Notes: generated from the sequence alone by a model not told the origin. 64,000 nucleotides of DNA from Hypanus sabinus (GCF_030144855.1 NC_082723.1:37138001-37202000); one strand, 5' to 3'. Positions 20,003 to 34,900 are shown, numbered from the stretch's first letter. Numbers and translations are program-made.

Positions 20003-22760
20003 TTTGTTTGCTGTTGACATTCACCTCCTCCCCCTACTTTTTTTTTTCTTTAGTCCCTGGGAGCAAGTTGCTGTCTTTTTGTGCTCAGTTTCCTTGTTCT
20101 CCTGAGGTCCTTAAACCATATACACAATTGGGATGAGTTACATGCGCAAACAACAGTGGCAATCTCTTTCTGCCATTTTCCATGAACTGATGAATTGTCC
20201 TCCAACCAGATGATCAGCACACAGACCTCCATAGTAATGTGCTTTGTATTTTTTTTTACTTTTTATTTTTAACCCCACCACTGACAAATTCCCTCTGTTG
20301 GAAGCCCAGAACTTCTCTCTACCTTTTGTGCTGTGACCATAGATGATTTTGAATAGGCTTTTTTCTTACCAGTTCTGGCCCAGAGATTACACTGTGTTTC
20401 CATGTGATGTGGACAAATGGCAGTTACCATCGTCCTTGTTTCCTTCTCTCTTGTAACAAATTGGGGTGTGATTGAGGCGCCTGGGGTAGATGCAGATGGT
20501 TGGGTTCTAAAGGGTGGGTTTGTTGGGTATTTTGAGGACATGGCTGTACTTAGCACGTTGATGCATTGTATATTTTTACAACATCCCGTGCAACCAAAGC
20601 CAACACTTTTAAATATTAATCGATTTGAGCCCCACAGCAGATGGTGACAACCTGTAGAATCTTATTGGAATCTACATTCTCTAATGTAATTTTTTGTTTC
20701 ACTGGAAAGGAAAATTGCTCAGTTTTAAACGTTAAAAGTGTACAAGTTGCTTTGTTACAATAAAACTAAATGTGTACACAAAAAGTGTGTGGTGAGTTTA
20801 CTTTTCACCTGGAATGTTTTGAGGGCTTGTTTTCGGTCATCTTAAATAGTTATTTTAAATGTTTTGAGGAAATTCTATAGATCTGAAGTAGTATCTAATG
20901 AATACCATAAAAATTGCTTGTTTCAAAAGTGGTGGTTCTAAATTAATTTTTGCATTGTTTGTTCTCTACTTTGTTATAATCAGCCAAGTAATGAAAGTCT
21001 TAGTCTAAATGAGCAAAGTTGAAAACAAGTTTTGGGCCCAGTGCTTTTTTTTGGTGTTAATTGCAATTTGTTTTAATGCAATGTAGGCACAAAAAGGGTA
21101 ATTAATGTATTCGGGCCTACTATTGTATACTTATAGTGTTTCTAGCCTGGTTTATGTTCAAAATGTGTAAACATCCCATATGTTTGTATTTAGATACCTT
21201 TTCTGTATTTAATAGACAAGATTGTAACTAAAATCAGTTTACAACTTGGCATTTCCTTCGAACAGTTGGGTCCAATGCTACATTGCAAGTTTGATTATCA
21301 CATTTTGCATTGGACAGTTAGCTAATAAATGGTCTTTCTCTTCCAAGGTTTTTCTTTTGTCTTGTAGTTAAATTTGTAAGTTGTATGTTGTCTTGCCAAT
21401 AGTTATGCATCTGACAGTTTTCTTGATCTAGAATCTGCCATGGGTACTATGCCAACTGTGCAATTAGCTCCAGTTTATAGATTATTGTATATAATTATTT
21501 GAACCTCAATTGGGCTTGATTTTTTGAATTCAAATTGATTGTACTCTGGATTTGATGCACTCTTAAATTGTTTTATTTCTGGTGATAAGTGCTAATATTC
21601 AACTATGATTTTTCTTTTTGATTAGTTGTCCTTTAGTGTTACAACACTGGGAGCTCAGTTATTAAAAGTTAGGATACAAGTACCTCAAGTTACTTGTTAT
21701 TCCTGTTGCTTATTCCATTGTCCTGGTCAAATTTGCTTTGTATTGAATTATAACCTATTGTGCAGTGAAAAGGTTGACCTCTTGATTACAGCTGTTCTGT
21801 GTTTTATAAACTTGTCCCAATTCCATAATTCCTGATTTATGCAGTTTTGTTATTAAATTGCATTTTTCATTGTGGCCAAAGTATTGTTTCATTAATCCTA
21901 TCCCACCTATTGGATTTCTTTTCTCAATAGGAATTTTTCAGTCTCTTCAGTTAATTTTTGAGGGAAATAATATCACTTGCATTACCAGCTAGAAAATAGG
22001 CCATTATATAATGCTACAGCACACATGCTGCCTTGTTCTAAATCTAGCCAGAATGGTGCCCTAAATTGGCTTTGTATATTTATTCTGCAAATTACATATC
22101 CTTAGTCATTGGTACTGCAACAAACTTCATAACATCTGTTCAGTAATCCACTAGACTACAATATAACCAGAGCAGCTAATGATAGTTTCATGGGTGCAGA
22201 TCAGATTTCTGCTGGTGTTTTGTATGTCTTAATAAGTATTATACATTGGCATGTTTTTCCACCAAGGATATCCATATTCCCAAGAGTCCTTCTGTTGAAG
22301 TCTTGCTACTCCACTGGTGATGGATAATTGTGGTTACCAATCACACCATTTGGTTTCATTTGGAAAATTAAAGGAATGAATAATAATTCTACCACCAGCA
22401 ATGTAAGCATGAGGTATATGGTTCCTTGCGCTGAAAAGTTGATGGTCCTGAGGGCTTTTAATAATAGATGGTATACAATCTACTGATAACTAGAGCTGTC
22501 TAGATTTTTCAGAAATTTTGTTTACATTATCTGTCCAAGCATTGGACATGGCTGCACCATCTTTTTGCTTAAATGTTCTGGAGAGGAAGGTGTTTAAACA
22601 ATATTTTGGAATGTTCCTCTGGTTTATAGACACCCATGTACTGGGGTTTGTTTCATGTGGCAATCTGAGGTGTCGTGACTTCATCTTTAAAGCTTGTTTT
22701 TTTTAAAACAAATGATTCTCATCTGTCATGTTATCAATAAACTTTGTATACATGTTTTGC
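20003..22760 (+). other. SET: SET 3' UTR with tandem polyadenylation signals
   Basis: U-rich stretch with no recognisable TE after the stop. AATAAA at 20759-20764 (within TGTACAAGTTGCTTTGTTACAATAAAACTAAATGTGTACAC, flanked by TGTA elements) and at 22736-22741. The distal end is inferred. Confidence 0.6.
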
Positions 22761-24733
22761 CACAGTGCTGTACATTGTCTTTACTAAATGTATAATATAA
22801 GGATTATTCATCAGCTATGTTGGCATTGCTATTGATAATATAATTAGTTTAATATTTCAAGTGGTTTAGACTGGAATGATTTGCTGTTTTGTGAAGTAGT
22901 CTGATGTCTGGTTACTTTGGAATTGGCCTACATATAGGCCTTTGCTGTTAAAACAAGGAATCTCTCCACATTCCTGAAGGAAATAAACCTAAGTAATATG
23001 ATATAATGATCTAGCATGCCTTGAAACTGGTGTGCATTGGTCTTGGATGTAAAGTACAATCTTGTACTGCCATATTTTGAAACCTGTAGACTACCCTAGT
23101 TTAAGATGCAAGAGTAAAGGTAAAATGTAGAATCGCTTAAGAAATTTACAGTATAGTGCTAACAAGCAATGTTCTTCCTGTTAACACGAGGAAATCTGCA
23201 GGTGCTGGAAATTCAAACAACAACACACAAAATGCTGGTAGAACACAGCAGGCCAGGCAGCATCTATAGGGAGAAGCACTGTCGACGTTTCGGGCCAAGA
23301 CCCTTCATCAGGACTAACCGAAAGGAAAGATAGTAAGAGATTTGAAAGTAGAGGGGGGAAGGGGGAATAGGAGTAGACTGCCTTTTAACTTTGTTTAGGT
23401 TTCAATTTCAAACATTAAATATCACATGTTCCAAGTAAGGCAATTCCTAAATTACTGATCTGATTGCTACAATTAGGAACCTTGAAGGCATGCCTAGAGG
23501 GTGTAGAAATGTACTATACTTGATGGAACAAAGGCTCACCAGAATCGATCTATGGCTGTCTTTACTGAGCTTCTGATATGGGGCTATACCATACCATTTG
23601 AAATATATCTAAACATCTAGTGATCAATATTGATTCAAAAACAGCAAGTTGAACACTACCATACCAAATAAAAGGTAATACTAGAAAGTCTTGAGGATTT
23701 TGATGTACCTTCAAATTAGGTCACAAGCAGAATCAAGTCTATGGCAGGTAATAAGCCATTAATAAATATGCAGAAAGTGTTCAAATCAGCAATGTTATTT
23801 GCCTATCATTAACTTTTAGGCATTTCAGTCAGGTTGCAGTGAAAATTTGACAAACTTGGGAGATATTTTAATCCTAAAATAAAGGCATCTTCGACTTCGT
23901 AAGTTTTTTCTTCATCATTGGCAGTGGTAGGTTAACTGTTTATACTCTTAAACGTTTAATAGATGTCTTTTTAAAATGTTGAGATTTGATGACCTATTCC
24001 TATAAGCTATGGACTAGACGCTTTCAAGGACTCTTCATTTCATGTTGTTTTATTTTTGTTTGTATTAACTATGAATGCCTATAAGACAATGTCAAGGGTG
24101 TCGGAAGAGAAGTGTGCGCAGTCACAATTACGAGAGAGAAAGTACTCAGGAAGCTGAATATTCTAAGGGTAGGTAAATCTCCCGGACCAGATGGAATGCA
24201 CCCTTGTGTTCTGAAGGAAGTAGCTGTGGAGATGAGGCATTAGCAATGATTTTGAAGTCAATAGATTCTGGCATGGTTCTGGAGGACTGGAAGATTGCAA
24301 ATGTCACTCAGCTATATTTAAGAAGGGGGCAAGGAAGCAAAAAGGAAGTTATAGACCTGTTAGCTTGACATTAGTGGTTGGGAAGTTGTTGGAGTCAATT
24401 GTTGGATGAGGTTATGGAGGCATATGACAAGATAGGCAGAAATCAGCTTGTTTTCCTTAAAGGAAAATTCTGCCTGACAAACCTATTGCAGTTTTTTGAG
24501 GAAATTACAAGTAGGCTAGACGAGGGAGATGCAGTGGATGTTGTGTATTTGGATTTTCTGAAGGCCTTTGACAAGTTGCTGCACATGAGGCTGCTAAACA
24601 AGGTAAGAGCCCATGGAATTACAGGAAAGTTGCATGTGTGGATAGAGCATTGGCTGATTGGCTGTCGATTACCAGTGGTGGTCCACGGGGTCTGTGTTGG
24701 GGCTGCTGCTTTTTATGTTGTATATCAACAATT

Positions 24734-25004
24734 GTTGGCGCGTGCCCTAGTGGGCAAGGTTTCACACTAGTAACCTGAAGGTCACTGGTTCGAGCCTCAA
24801 CTGAGGCAGCGTGTTTGTGTCCTTGAGCAAGGCACTTAACACATTGCTCTGCGGGTCCTAGTGCCCTTCCCTTGAACAACAGCGGTGGTGTGGAAAGGGG
24901 AAGGCCTGCAGCTTGGACAACTGCCGGTCTCCCATACAGGCCTGTGCCCTGGAAACTGCAGGCACAGATCCATGGTCTCTCGAGACTGACAGATGCCACC
25001 ACCA
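24734..25004 (+). mobile_element. tRNA-derived CORE-type SINE with a 10-bp target duplication
   Basis: A-box-like TGGCGCGTGCCCTAGTGG, B-box GGTTCGAGCC, CORE-like GTGTCCTTGAGCAAGGCACTTAAC; flanked by ATCAACAATT at 24724-24733 and 25005-25014. Confidence 0.8.
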
Positions 25005-25500
25005 ATCAACAATTTGGATTATGGACTAGGTGGCTTTGTGCTTAAGTTTGCTGATGATACAAAGATAGGTGGTAGGTAGTGCTGAGGAAACAGTCTGCAG
25101 AGAGACTTGGGAGAATGGGCAAAGAAGTGGCAAATGAAATACAATGTTGGAAATACAATGTATGATCATGCACTTTGGTAGAAGAAATAAATGGGCAGAC
25201 TATCATTTAAATGGAGAGAGAACTTATGAGATGCAATGGGACTAAGGAATCATCATGCAGGATACCCTTAAGGTTAACCTCCAGGTTGAGTCAGCGGTGA
25301 AGAAGGTGAATGCAATGTTGGCATTCATTTCTAGAGGAATAGAGTACAGGAGCAGGGATGTGATGTTGAGGCTCTAAGGCACTGGTAAGACCTCACTTGG
25401 AGTACTGTGTGCAGTTTTGGGATCCTTATTTAAGAAAGGATGTGCTGACCTTGGAGCGGGTTCAGAGAAGATCCACTAGAATGATTCTGGGCATGAGGGG

Positions 25501-28426
25501 AGAAGAAAGAAAAGGATAATAAATTTGAATGCATTGTTAGGGATGAAAAGAGAGGAGGAGGTGGAGAGTATCTTAAATGTATCTATTTTAATGCTAGGAG
25601 CATTGTAAGAAAGGTGGATGAGCTTAAAGCGTGGATTGATACCTGGAATTATGATGTTGTAGCTATTAGTGAAACATGGTTGCAGGGTGTGATTGGCAAC
25701 TAAATATTCCTGGATTTAGTTGCTTCAGGTGTGATAGAGTAGGAGGGGCCAGAGGAGGAGGTGTTGCATTGCTTGTCCGAGAAAATCTTATAGCGGTGCT
25801 TTGGAAGGATAGATCAGAGAGCTCCTCTAGGGAGGCTATTTGGGTGGAATTGAGGAATGGGAAGGGTGTAGTAACACTGATAGGAGTGTATTATAGGCCA
25901 CCTAATGGGGAGCGTGAGTTGGAAGAGCAAATGTGTAAGGAGATAGCAGATATTTGTAGTAAACACAAGGTGGTGATTGTGGGAGATTTTAATTTTCCAC
26001 ATGTAGACTGGGAAGCTCATTCTGTAAAAGGGCTGGATGGTTTAGAGTTTGTGAAATGTGTGCAGGATAGTTTTTTGCAACAATACATAGAAGTACCAAC
26101 TAGAGATGGGGCAGTGTTGGATCTCCTGTTAGGGAATGCGATAGGTCAGCTGACAGATGTATTTGTTGGGGAGCACTTCGGGACCAGTGATCACAATAGC
26201 ATTAGCTTCAATATAATTATGGAGAAGGACAGGACCTAGAGTTGAGATTTTTGATTGGAGAAAGGCTAACTTTGAGGAGATGCAAAGGGATTTAGAGAGA
26301 GTGGATTGGGTCAAGTTGTTTTATGGGAAGGATGTAATAGAGAAATGGAGGTCATTTAAGGGTGAAATTATGAGGGTACAGAATCTTTTAAGTTCCTGTT
26401 AGGTTGAAAGGAAAGGTTAAAGGTTTGAAAGCACCATGGTTTTCAAGGGATATTAGAAATTTGGTTCAGAAAAAGAGGGATGTCTACAATAGATATAGGC
26501 AGCATGGAGTAAAGGAATTGCTCGAGGAATATAAAGAATGTAAAAGGAATCTTAAAGAGATTAGAAAAGCTAAAAGAAGATACGAGGTTGGTTTGGCAAA
26601 TAAGGTCAAAGTAAATCCAAAAGGTTTCTAGTTATATTAAAAGCAAGAGGATAGTGAGGGATAAAATTGGCCCCTTAGAGAATCAGAGTGGTCAGCTATG
26701 TGTGGAGCCGAGGGAGATGGGAGAGATTTTGAACGATTTCTTCTCTTCGGTATTCATTAAGGAGAAGGATATTGAATTGTGTAAGATGTGGGAAACAAAG
26801 AAGTTATGGAACCTATGGCAATTAAAGAGGTGGAAGTACTGGCGCTTTTAAGAAATTTAAAAGTGGATAAATCTCCGGGTCCCGACAGGATATTCCCCAG
26901 GACCTTGAGGGAAGTTTGTGTAGAAATAGCGGGAGCTCTGACAGAGATCTTTAAAATGTCATTAGAAACGGGGATTGTGCCGGAGGATTGGCGTATTGCT
27001 CATGTGGTTCCATTGTTTAAAAAGGGTTCTAGAAGGAAACCTAGCAATTATAGACCTATCAGTTTGACATCAGTGGTGGGTAAATTAATGGAAAGTATTC
27101 TTAGAGATAGTATTTATAATTATCTGGACAGACGGGATCTGATTAGAAGTAGCCAGCATGGATTTGTGCGTGGAAGGTCATGTTTGACAAACCTTATTGA
27201 ATTTTTTGAAGAAGTTACGAGGAATGTTGACGAGGGTAAGGCAGTGGATGTAGTCTATATGGACTTCAGCAAAGCCTCTGACAAAGTTCCACATGGAAGG
27301 TTAGTTAAGGTTCAGTCGTTAGGTATTAATGCTGGAGTAATAAAATGGATTCAACAGTGGCTAGATGGGAGATGCCAGAGAGTAGTGGTGGATAATTGTT
27401 TATCGCGATGGAGGCCGGTGACTAGCGGGGTGCCTCAGGGATCTGTTTTGGGGCCAATGTTGTTTGTAATATACATAAATGATCTGGATGATGGGGTGGT
27501 AAATTGGATTAGTAAGTATGCTGATGATACTAAGGTAGGAGGTGTTGTGGATAATGAGGTGGGTTTTCAAAGCTTGCAGGGAGATTTATGCCGGTTAGAA
27601 GAATGGGCTGAACGTTGGCAGATGGAGTTTAATGCTGAGAAGCGTGAGGTTCTACATTTTGGCAGGAATAATCCAAATAGAACATACAGGGTAAATGGTA
27701 GGGCACTGAGCAATTCAGAGGAACAGAGAGATCTAGGAATAACAGTGCATAATTCCCTGAAGGTGGAGTCTCATGTAGATAGGGTGGTGAAGAAGGCTTT
27801 TGGAATGCTGGCCTTTATAAATCAAAGCATTGAGTACAGAAGTTGGGATGTAATGTTAAAATTGTACAAGGCATTGGTAAGGCCAAATTTGGAATATTGC
27901 GTGCAGTTCTGGTCACCAAATTATAGGAAAGGTATCAATAAATTAGAGAGAGTGCAGAGACGATTTACTAGGATGTTACCTGGGTTTCAGTACTTAAGTT
28001 ACAGAGAAAGGTTGAACAAGTTAGGTCTCTATTCATTGGAGCGTAGAAGGTTGAGGGGGGATTTGATCGAGGCATTTAAAATTTTGAGAGGGATAGATAG
28101 AGTTGACGTGAATAGGCTGTTTCCATTGAGAGTAGGGGAGATTCAAACGAGAGGACATGATTTGAGAGTTAGGGGGCAGAAGTTTAAGGGAAACACGAGG
28201 GGGTATTTCTTTACTCAAAGAGTGATAGCTGTGTGGAATGAGCTTCCTGTAGAAGTAGTAGAGGCCAGTTCAGTTGTGTCATTTAAGGTAAAATTGGATA
28301 GGTATATGGACAGGAAAGGAGTGGAGGGTTATGGGCTGAGTGCAGGTAGGTGGGACTAGGTGAGATTAAGAGTTCGGCACGGACTAGGAGGGCCAAGATG
28401 GCCTGTTTCCGTGCTGTGATCGTTAC
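25501..28426 (+). mobile_element. Young CR1 LINE, near-complete ORF2 (APE endonuclease + RT), with frameshifts
   Basis: YFNARSI...ETWL, GVYYRPPN, VGDFNFP, SDHNSI; RT ORF 26788..28359 (523 aa) with GVPQGSVLGP and YADD. Confidence 0.92.
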
Positions 28427-28974
28427 GTTATATGAGGAATGTCTGACCACTCTTGGACTGTACTCCTTGGAGTTTAGAAGAATGAGGGGGGAAAAGAAAC
28501 ATTTCAAATGTTGAAAGGCATGGACAAAGTTGTTTCCCATGGTGGGGGAAGTCGAGTAGGAGAGGGCATGACTTAAGGATTGAAGGGCGCCCATTCAGAA
28601 CAGAGATGCAAAGAAATTTTTTTTAGCCAGAGGGTGGTAAATCTGTGGAATTCGTTGCCATAGGTGGCAGTGGAGGTCAAGTTATTGGGTGTATTTAAGG
28701 CAGAGATTGATAGGCATCTGAGTAGCCAGGGCATGAAAGGTTATGGTGAGAAGGCAGGGGAGTGGGACTAAATGGGAGAATGGATCAGCTCATGGTAAAA
28801 TGGCAGAGAAAACTCGATGGGCCGAATGGCCAGCTTTTTTTTTAATGAATCTGTTGTATATGGTGACATATACATTAATTCTGAATGATCAGAATGTTTG
28901 ACTAATGAGTATGCACCCTGTGAAAGGTAATTTACTCCACAATAATTAAAATTTATTATAAAAATAACATTGAT

Positions 28975-31900
28975 TTATCTTTGATAAGACTTGGGCACCA
29001 TGAGAAGTGTAGCAGCAAAGTTCTCTTGCAGAAGTCTGTCCACAATCAAAGCAATAAATGTCTCTTCAGATTCTTCAAATTCTTCATCTGTAACATATGG
29101 AGGCCAGTTATCAGGCTGAAAAGACCACCCTAATAAAACAAAAACAATCCATAAATGTCATATCCCCTTTGCCTTTTTCCAAGAAAGTCATAATAGCAAC
29201 AACACAGTAGCATCCAGGATTTTCATAAACAAAAGTTTAAACCAGGACTAGACATAAGGAAAGGTGGCCAAATGCTTGGTAACAATGAATTTGAAGGACA
29301 GGTGATGCCTTATGAGCCTAACTGAATTCTTTGAGGTTATGACAGCACATTGATGAAGGTAAACAGTATGATGTATATGAATTTTAGTAAGGTGTTTGGT
29401 AAGGTTCCCTTTAGGCTTATTTATAAAGTCAAAGTATAAGACTTAGAAACAGGGTGGTAGTAGAAAAGTACATTCAGCTTGGAGGTTGGTGACAAGTGTT
29501 GTTCGCGGGGATCTTCTGGGTCCCCTGTTGATTTTTTTTTTAAATGTAAAGGATGCAGTTGAAGTAGAAAGGTGGTTAGTAAATTTGCAGCTAACACGAA
29601 GGCTGGTGGAATTGCAGATAGTGTGGAGGAGGGTTGTAGGTTGCAGCAGGATCAGAGTTGGGCTGAGAAGTGGCAGATGGAGTTCAACCCATAAAGGTTT
29701 GAAGTGATTCATTTTGGAAGATAGAATTTCAAAACAGCATTCTTAGTAATAAAGGAATAGAAGGGTTTTAAGGTCCAGTCCATTAATCCCTCAAAGTTGC
29801 AACACAAATTGACATGGTTGTTTAAGGTGTACAGTGTGTTGGTTTTTATTGAGGGATTGAATTCAAGAGCTGCGAGATAACATTGCCATTCTTTAAAACT
29901 CTGGTTAGATCACATAATATTGGGTTCAGTTCTGCTCAACTCATTATAGGAAGGATGTGGAAGCTTTGGAGAGGGTGCAAAGGAGATTGCCAGGATGTTG
30001 CCTGAACTAAACAGCATGTTCTACGAAGATACATTGAGCAAGCTCGGGCTCTTTTATTTGGAATGAAGGAGGTTGTGATGTGATTTGTTAGGTATACAAG
30101 ATAAAGAAGGATACATTCAGTGGACAGCCAGAGACCTTCTCCCAGACAGAAATGGCTAATACAACCAGGCGTAACTTTTAAAATAAGGAAATTATAGAGG
30201 TGGATGTCAGAGTTAAGTTTTATTCAGAGTGGTTGGTGCATGGTATGCCCTGCCAGGGGTAGTGGTAAAGGCAAATAAGTTAGGGGCTTGTAAGAAACAG
30301 GTAGGAACATGGATGATAGAAGAATGAAAGGCTATGTAGGAGGGAAGGGTTCTCTAATGTCCTATGTAAAAGAATTACAAGCAACACACAATACTGGAGG
30401 AATTCAGTAGGCTAGGCAGCATCTAACGTAAAGACCCTTCATCAGGATTCATTTAGGGTCAAAGAAGGTGAGGAGGAATTTCCAGAGTTTCAGCCTACGC
30501 AGGTACAAGGATTACTACCTCTCACAGGGCTTAGAATATAGAAGCAGCCAGTGTTGAACAAAAGTTATTGGAAGGTGAGATGAGCAAATTTGAAAATGCA
30601 ACTTACAGATAGAAACATTAAATTGGTGGTCAAACATAGACACTTGCTGCAAGATCCAAGTAAACATGGATCTTCCCATATCCCAAAAGGCAAACAAATA
30701 ATGAAGTTCAACATCACCTTTAATGCAGCATACACTGCAAACCATTTTAGAAAATAGTTACTTTAAGATCAAGACTTCAGAATTGGTACAAAACTCAATC
30801 AGGCCTAGTGTGAACCCTATCACACAGTACACTTGGGATATGTATTACTTTTAAAATTCATCAAGACAATGAGAAGATGCTACCAATACTTCACAAAATC
30901 CTCAATTCACAATAAAAACAAAATGATCTAGGGTTAAATTGGGGGTTGCTGATTGTGCTACTTGAAGGCCCTATTCTGCACTGTTTCTAAATTAAATACA
31001 TAAATACCAACTTGTCCCCCTACCATCACCAAGGCCCCAGTTTGAAGAGCTGGCACTACTTTTGACTTGTCTCAGGAAAAGTCTATCAAGCAATCAAAAA
31101 GAAATTAAAGAATATGTTCAAAGGATCATTGGAAAAAAAAGACATTTTTATTTACTCCTGCGAACCTGTGGCCCAAAGTGGATAAAAAACAGGACAGTTT
31201 CCACAACCCTGAATCCCTAATTCAACTATATTTCCTTACCACATAGGAGCTATTTGTTACTTCACAATACAACTTAATTCCCCAAAAAAACTTTCCTCAT
31301 AACCCATTCTCACATTCCCATAAATTAGAAACAATCTGTCTCCTGCAGAAAGAGCTGGGTAATTTTTCAGTGCAATCTCTGTGATTCCTGTTCCTGTAGC
31401 CTGTCCTTGGGATTTGAGCAGTTATTTCCTGGACAACAAAACATATTTTACTGTTGTTAAAGTCCAATGAATTTGAGAATTCCTGACCTGCATAATTCTA
31501 GCGGGAATAGTGACTTTTTTTGTCCTGGGTGCTTTGTAGGCCAGTACCCAAGATGGAGCTGACTAAATTTACAACCCTCTGCAGCTTCTTCTGGCCCTGT
31601 GCTGTAGCCCCCCATCCCCCATACCAGACAGTGATAGAGCCTGTCAGAATCTTGGTACATGGAGCTTAGAAAAATAGAGGACAATGGGCAACCTTATGTA
31701 ATTTCTAAAGTACGTACATTTGGCACAGCATTGTGGGCCAAAGGGCCTGTACTGTGCTGTAGGTTTTCTATGTTTCTAATTATATCACCCACCTATGGGC
31801 AATTAACCTAGAAAACCTACGTGATCAGAGGGAGAACATGCAAACTCGACACATCACTAAGATTTGGGTAACCAGACCTACAAGGCACCAACTCTACTGG

Positions 31901-34900
31901 CTGTGATTCTCTTTCTCTCAGAAAAGCACAATGTCAAGAACAAAAACACCTGTCCTATCTGTGGTTCCTAGACTGGCATCATCAGCAATTTATAATCTAC
32001 AAAAAGTGTAAGCACATCCCAAAGGCTGTCTCAAAAAAGATAATTTTATGCAAATTACATTAAATAGGAACCTGCCCACCCACCCATTCAATATGATCAA
32101 TAGCAGCACTTTAGCATAGCAGCTAAAGCTTTACAACTCCAGCAACTGAAGTTCAGTACAATGTGCTGTCTGTAAGGACTTTGTACAATCTCCCTGCACT
32201 GACATGGCTTTCTTCTGGGTGCTCCAGATGGGCTAGTGAGTAAAAGACTCTTAGATAAGCACATTAATGAAAGAGAAATGCAGGACTATGTGGGAGGGAA
32301 GGGTTATATGGTTCTTGGGGTAGGTAAAAGGGTCAGTACAACACCATGGGCCCAAAGGCCTGTACAGGGCTGTACTGTTCTATAGTACATGTAAAAATTA
32401 GTTGCTCCAAATGTCAGTTTCTCTTCAGTGCCATTCCCCAGTCTTTCAAAAAGATATGTCTCCTCTTTAATTAACATCAATGATCTTACTTCCATAGCTC
32501 TCCAGTGTTGAGGAAGAGATTCACCAATCTGTGCAAGAAATTCCTTTAAATAACTAACTCCTTTGCCACTTGAGACTCTTGCACTAATATAAATTTCTCA
32601 TAGATCTTGTCATGCCCATCCTAGAATTGTCTTTCAATAATGTTATTCCTCATGTTTCAAACACAATAATTTAAATAACTTGCAGTGGAAACCTGCCCAT
32701 CCAGGAATTAGCCCGGTAAACCCTTTTTTTAGGACTGCTTACAACACCAGTACAGTATATATTTTTTAAATATATCATTTAAATAAATAGACACAAACTC
32801 CAGTTGTGGCCCCGTCCTGTACAACTGCAACTCCCTGCTAGGCTACATGTCAACATTTTGAGATTTATGTAGACCACCACCTAGATCTCCCAATATTTCA
32901 CTTATTTACAAAATAGGTTGCTTTTACTTCCATTTGAAGCCCTTTAATTTGCCAAACTTTTACCTATTCAGTCTGTATCCTGTTGCAGAATGGAAATATT
33001 AGCATGTTCCCGTAGTTAACACTGTCATCAGCAAATGTGAATGCTTTCTCTGGGTCATTAAATTAAAAATTAAATAAACTGTGGGCCAAGGCATGATCTT
33101 TGAGGCACTTCACTAATATGCTTTCAGAATGAGAAACCCCCATTTATTCTAACAATTTTTCTCCTCTAGAATACAGGCAGAGTGTTTTCAATTATGGAGG
33201 ATGGAAGACAATTTGCAAAAGGGGGGAGAAATAAATTTCATGTTTTTTTTAAAACCTTGATATTGTCACTTAACAAATTCTTAGACCAAATGATGCTTCC
33301 CAGCCTGCTCCATCATTTTGACATATCTTCAATCTGTTCTCAAATTGTCCCTAATTTCTTATTGTTCAAAATTTATCAGATCAAAGATTATCCTAAGAAA
33401 TGTTTCCTTGTATCTTTAAACAATTAGCTCATTGCCTTGAGAGTTAGTTCAAAACTTTTCAGTGAGAAGAAACTCTCAACATTTACAAATACTGCCTCTC
33501 AGGAATATTTACATAGAGAGAATGAGATGGTTTCTATCTCCAACAAAATCCCATCTTAAAATAACAAAATTCCCCACAAATTTAAATAGGACAAGAAAAA
33601 CAGCGTGGGGTTCAGATGCTGAGTGTTCTGCCAGGAACAAATCTTCATCGTTCTTTTAACACCTTAAAACACAAACCAGGAATCTAATGGAAGACTTGCA
33701 ATTCTAAATCACAAGCAACTAGACAGAATTCAAAACGAACAACCCACTTAATTAGCACAGCATATACCACCAGCAGCATGTCTCGTATTTGGCAGAGCTT
33801 CTTTGAACTCTATCGACCGAAATTCACTACAAAAACACCACATTCTCAAGGGCATTTAGAAATGAACATTACCAACAAGACGGGATCTGATTAGAAGTAG
33901 CCAGCATGGATTTGTGCGTGGAAGGTCATGTTTGACAAACCTTACTGAATTTTTTTGAAGAAGTTACGAGGAATGTTGACGAGGGTAAGGCAGTGGATGT
34001 AGTCTATATGGACTTCAGCAAAGCCTTTGACAAAGTTCCACATGGAAGGTTAGTTAAGAAGGTTCAGTCGTTAGGTATTAATGCTGGAGTAATAAAATGG
34101 ATTCAACAGTGGCTAGATGGGAGATGCCAGAGAGTAGTGGTGGATAATTGTTTATCGCGATGGAGGCCGGTGACTAGCGGGGTGCCTCAGGGATCTGTTT
34201 TGGGGCCAATGTTGTTTGTAATATACATAAATGATCTGGATGATGGGGTGGTAAATTGGATTAGTAAGTATGCCGATGATACTAAGATAGGAGGTGTTGT
34301 GGATAATGAGGTGGATTTTCAAAGCTTGCAGGAAGATTTATGCCGGTTAGAAGAATGGGCTGAACGTTGGCAGATGCTGAGAAGTGTGAGGTTCTACACT
34401 TTGGCAGGAATAATCCAAATAGAACATACAGAGTAAATGGTAGGGCATTGAGGAATGCAGAGGAACAGAGAGATCTAGGAATAACTGTGCATAGTTCCCT
34501 GAAAGTGGAGTCTCATGTAGATAGGGTGGTGAAGAGGGCTTTTGGAACGCTGGCCTTTATAAATCAAAGCATTGAGTACAGAAGTTGGGATGTAATGCTA
34601 AAGTTGTACAAGGCATTGGTAAGGCCAAATTTGGAATATTGTGTGCAGTTCTGGTCACCGAATTATAGGAAAGATATCAATAAATTAGAGAGAGTGCAGA
34701 GACGATTTACTAGGATGTTACCTGGGTTTCAGCAATTAAGTTACAGAGAAAGGTTGAACAAGTTAGGTCTCTATTCATTGGAGCATAGAAGGTTGAGGGG
34801 GGATTTGATCGAGGTATTTAAAATTTTGAGAGGGATAGATAGAGTTGACGTGAACAGGCTGTTTCCATTGAGAGTAGGGGAGATTCAAACTAGAGGACAT

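Larger units (their letters stand above)
24090..28830 (+). mobile_element. Older CR1 LINE, host to a nested SINE (24734-25004) and a younger CR1 (25501-~28426)
   Basis: RT remnant CLTNLLQFFEEITSRLDEGDAVDVVYLDFLKAFDK. The element breaks at ...ATGATTCTGGGCATGAGGGG (25500) and resumes ...TATATGAGGAATGTCTGACCACTCTTGG (~28427) through to its 3' end. Confidence 0.8.
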
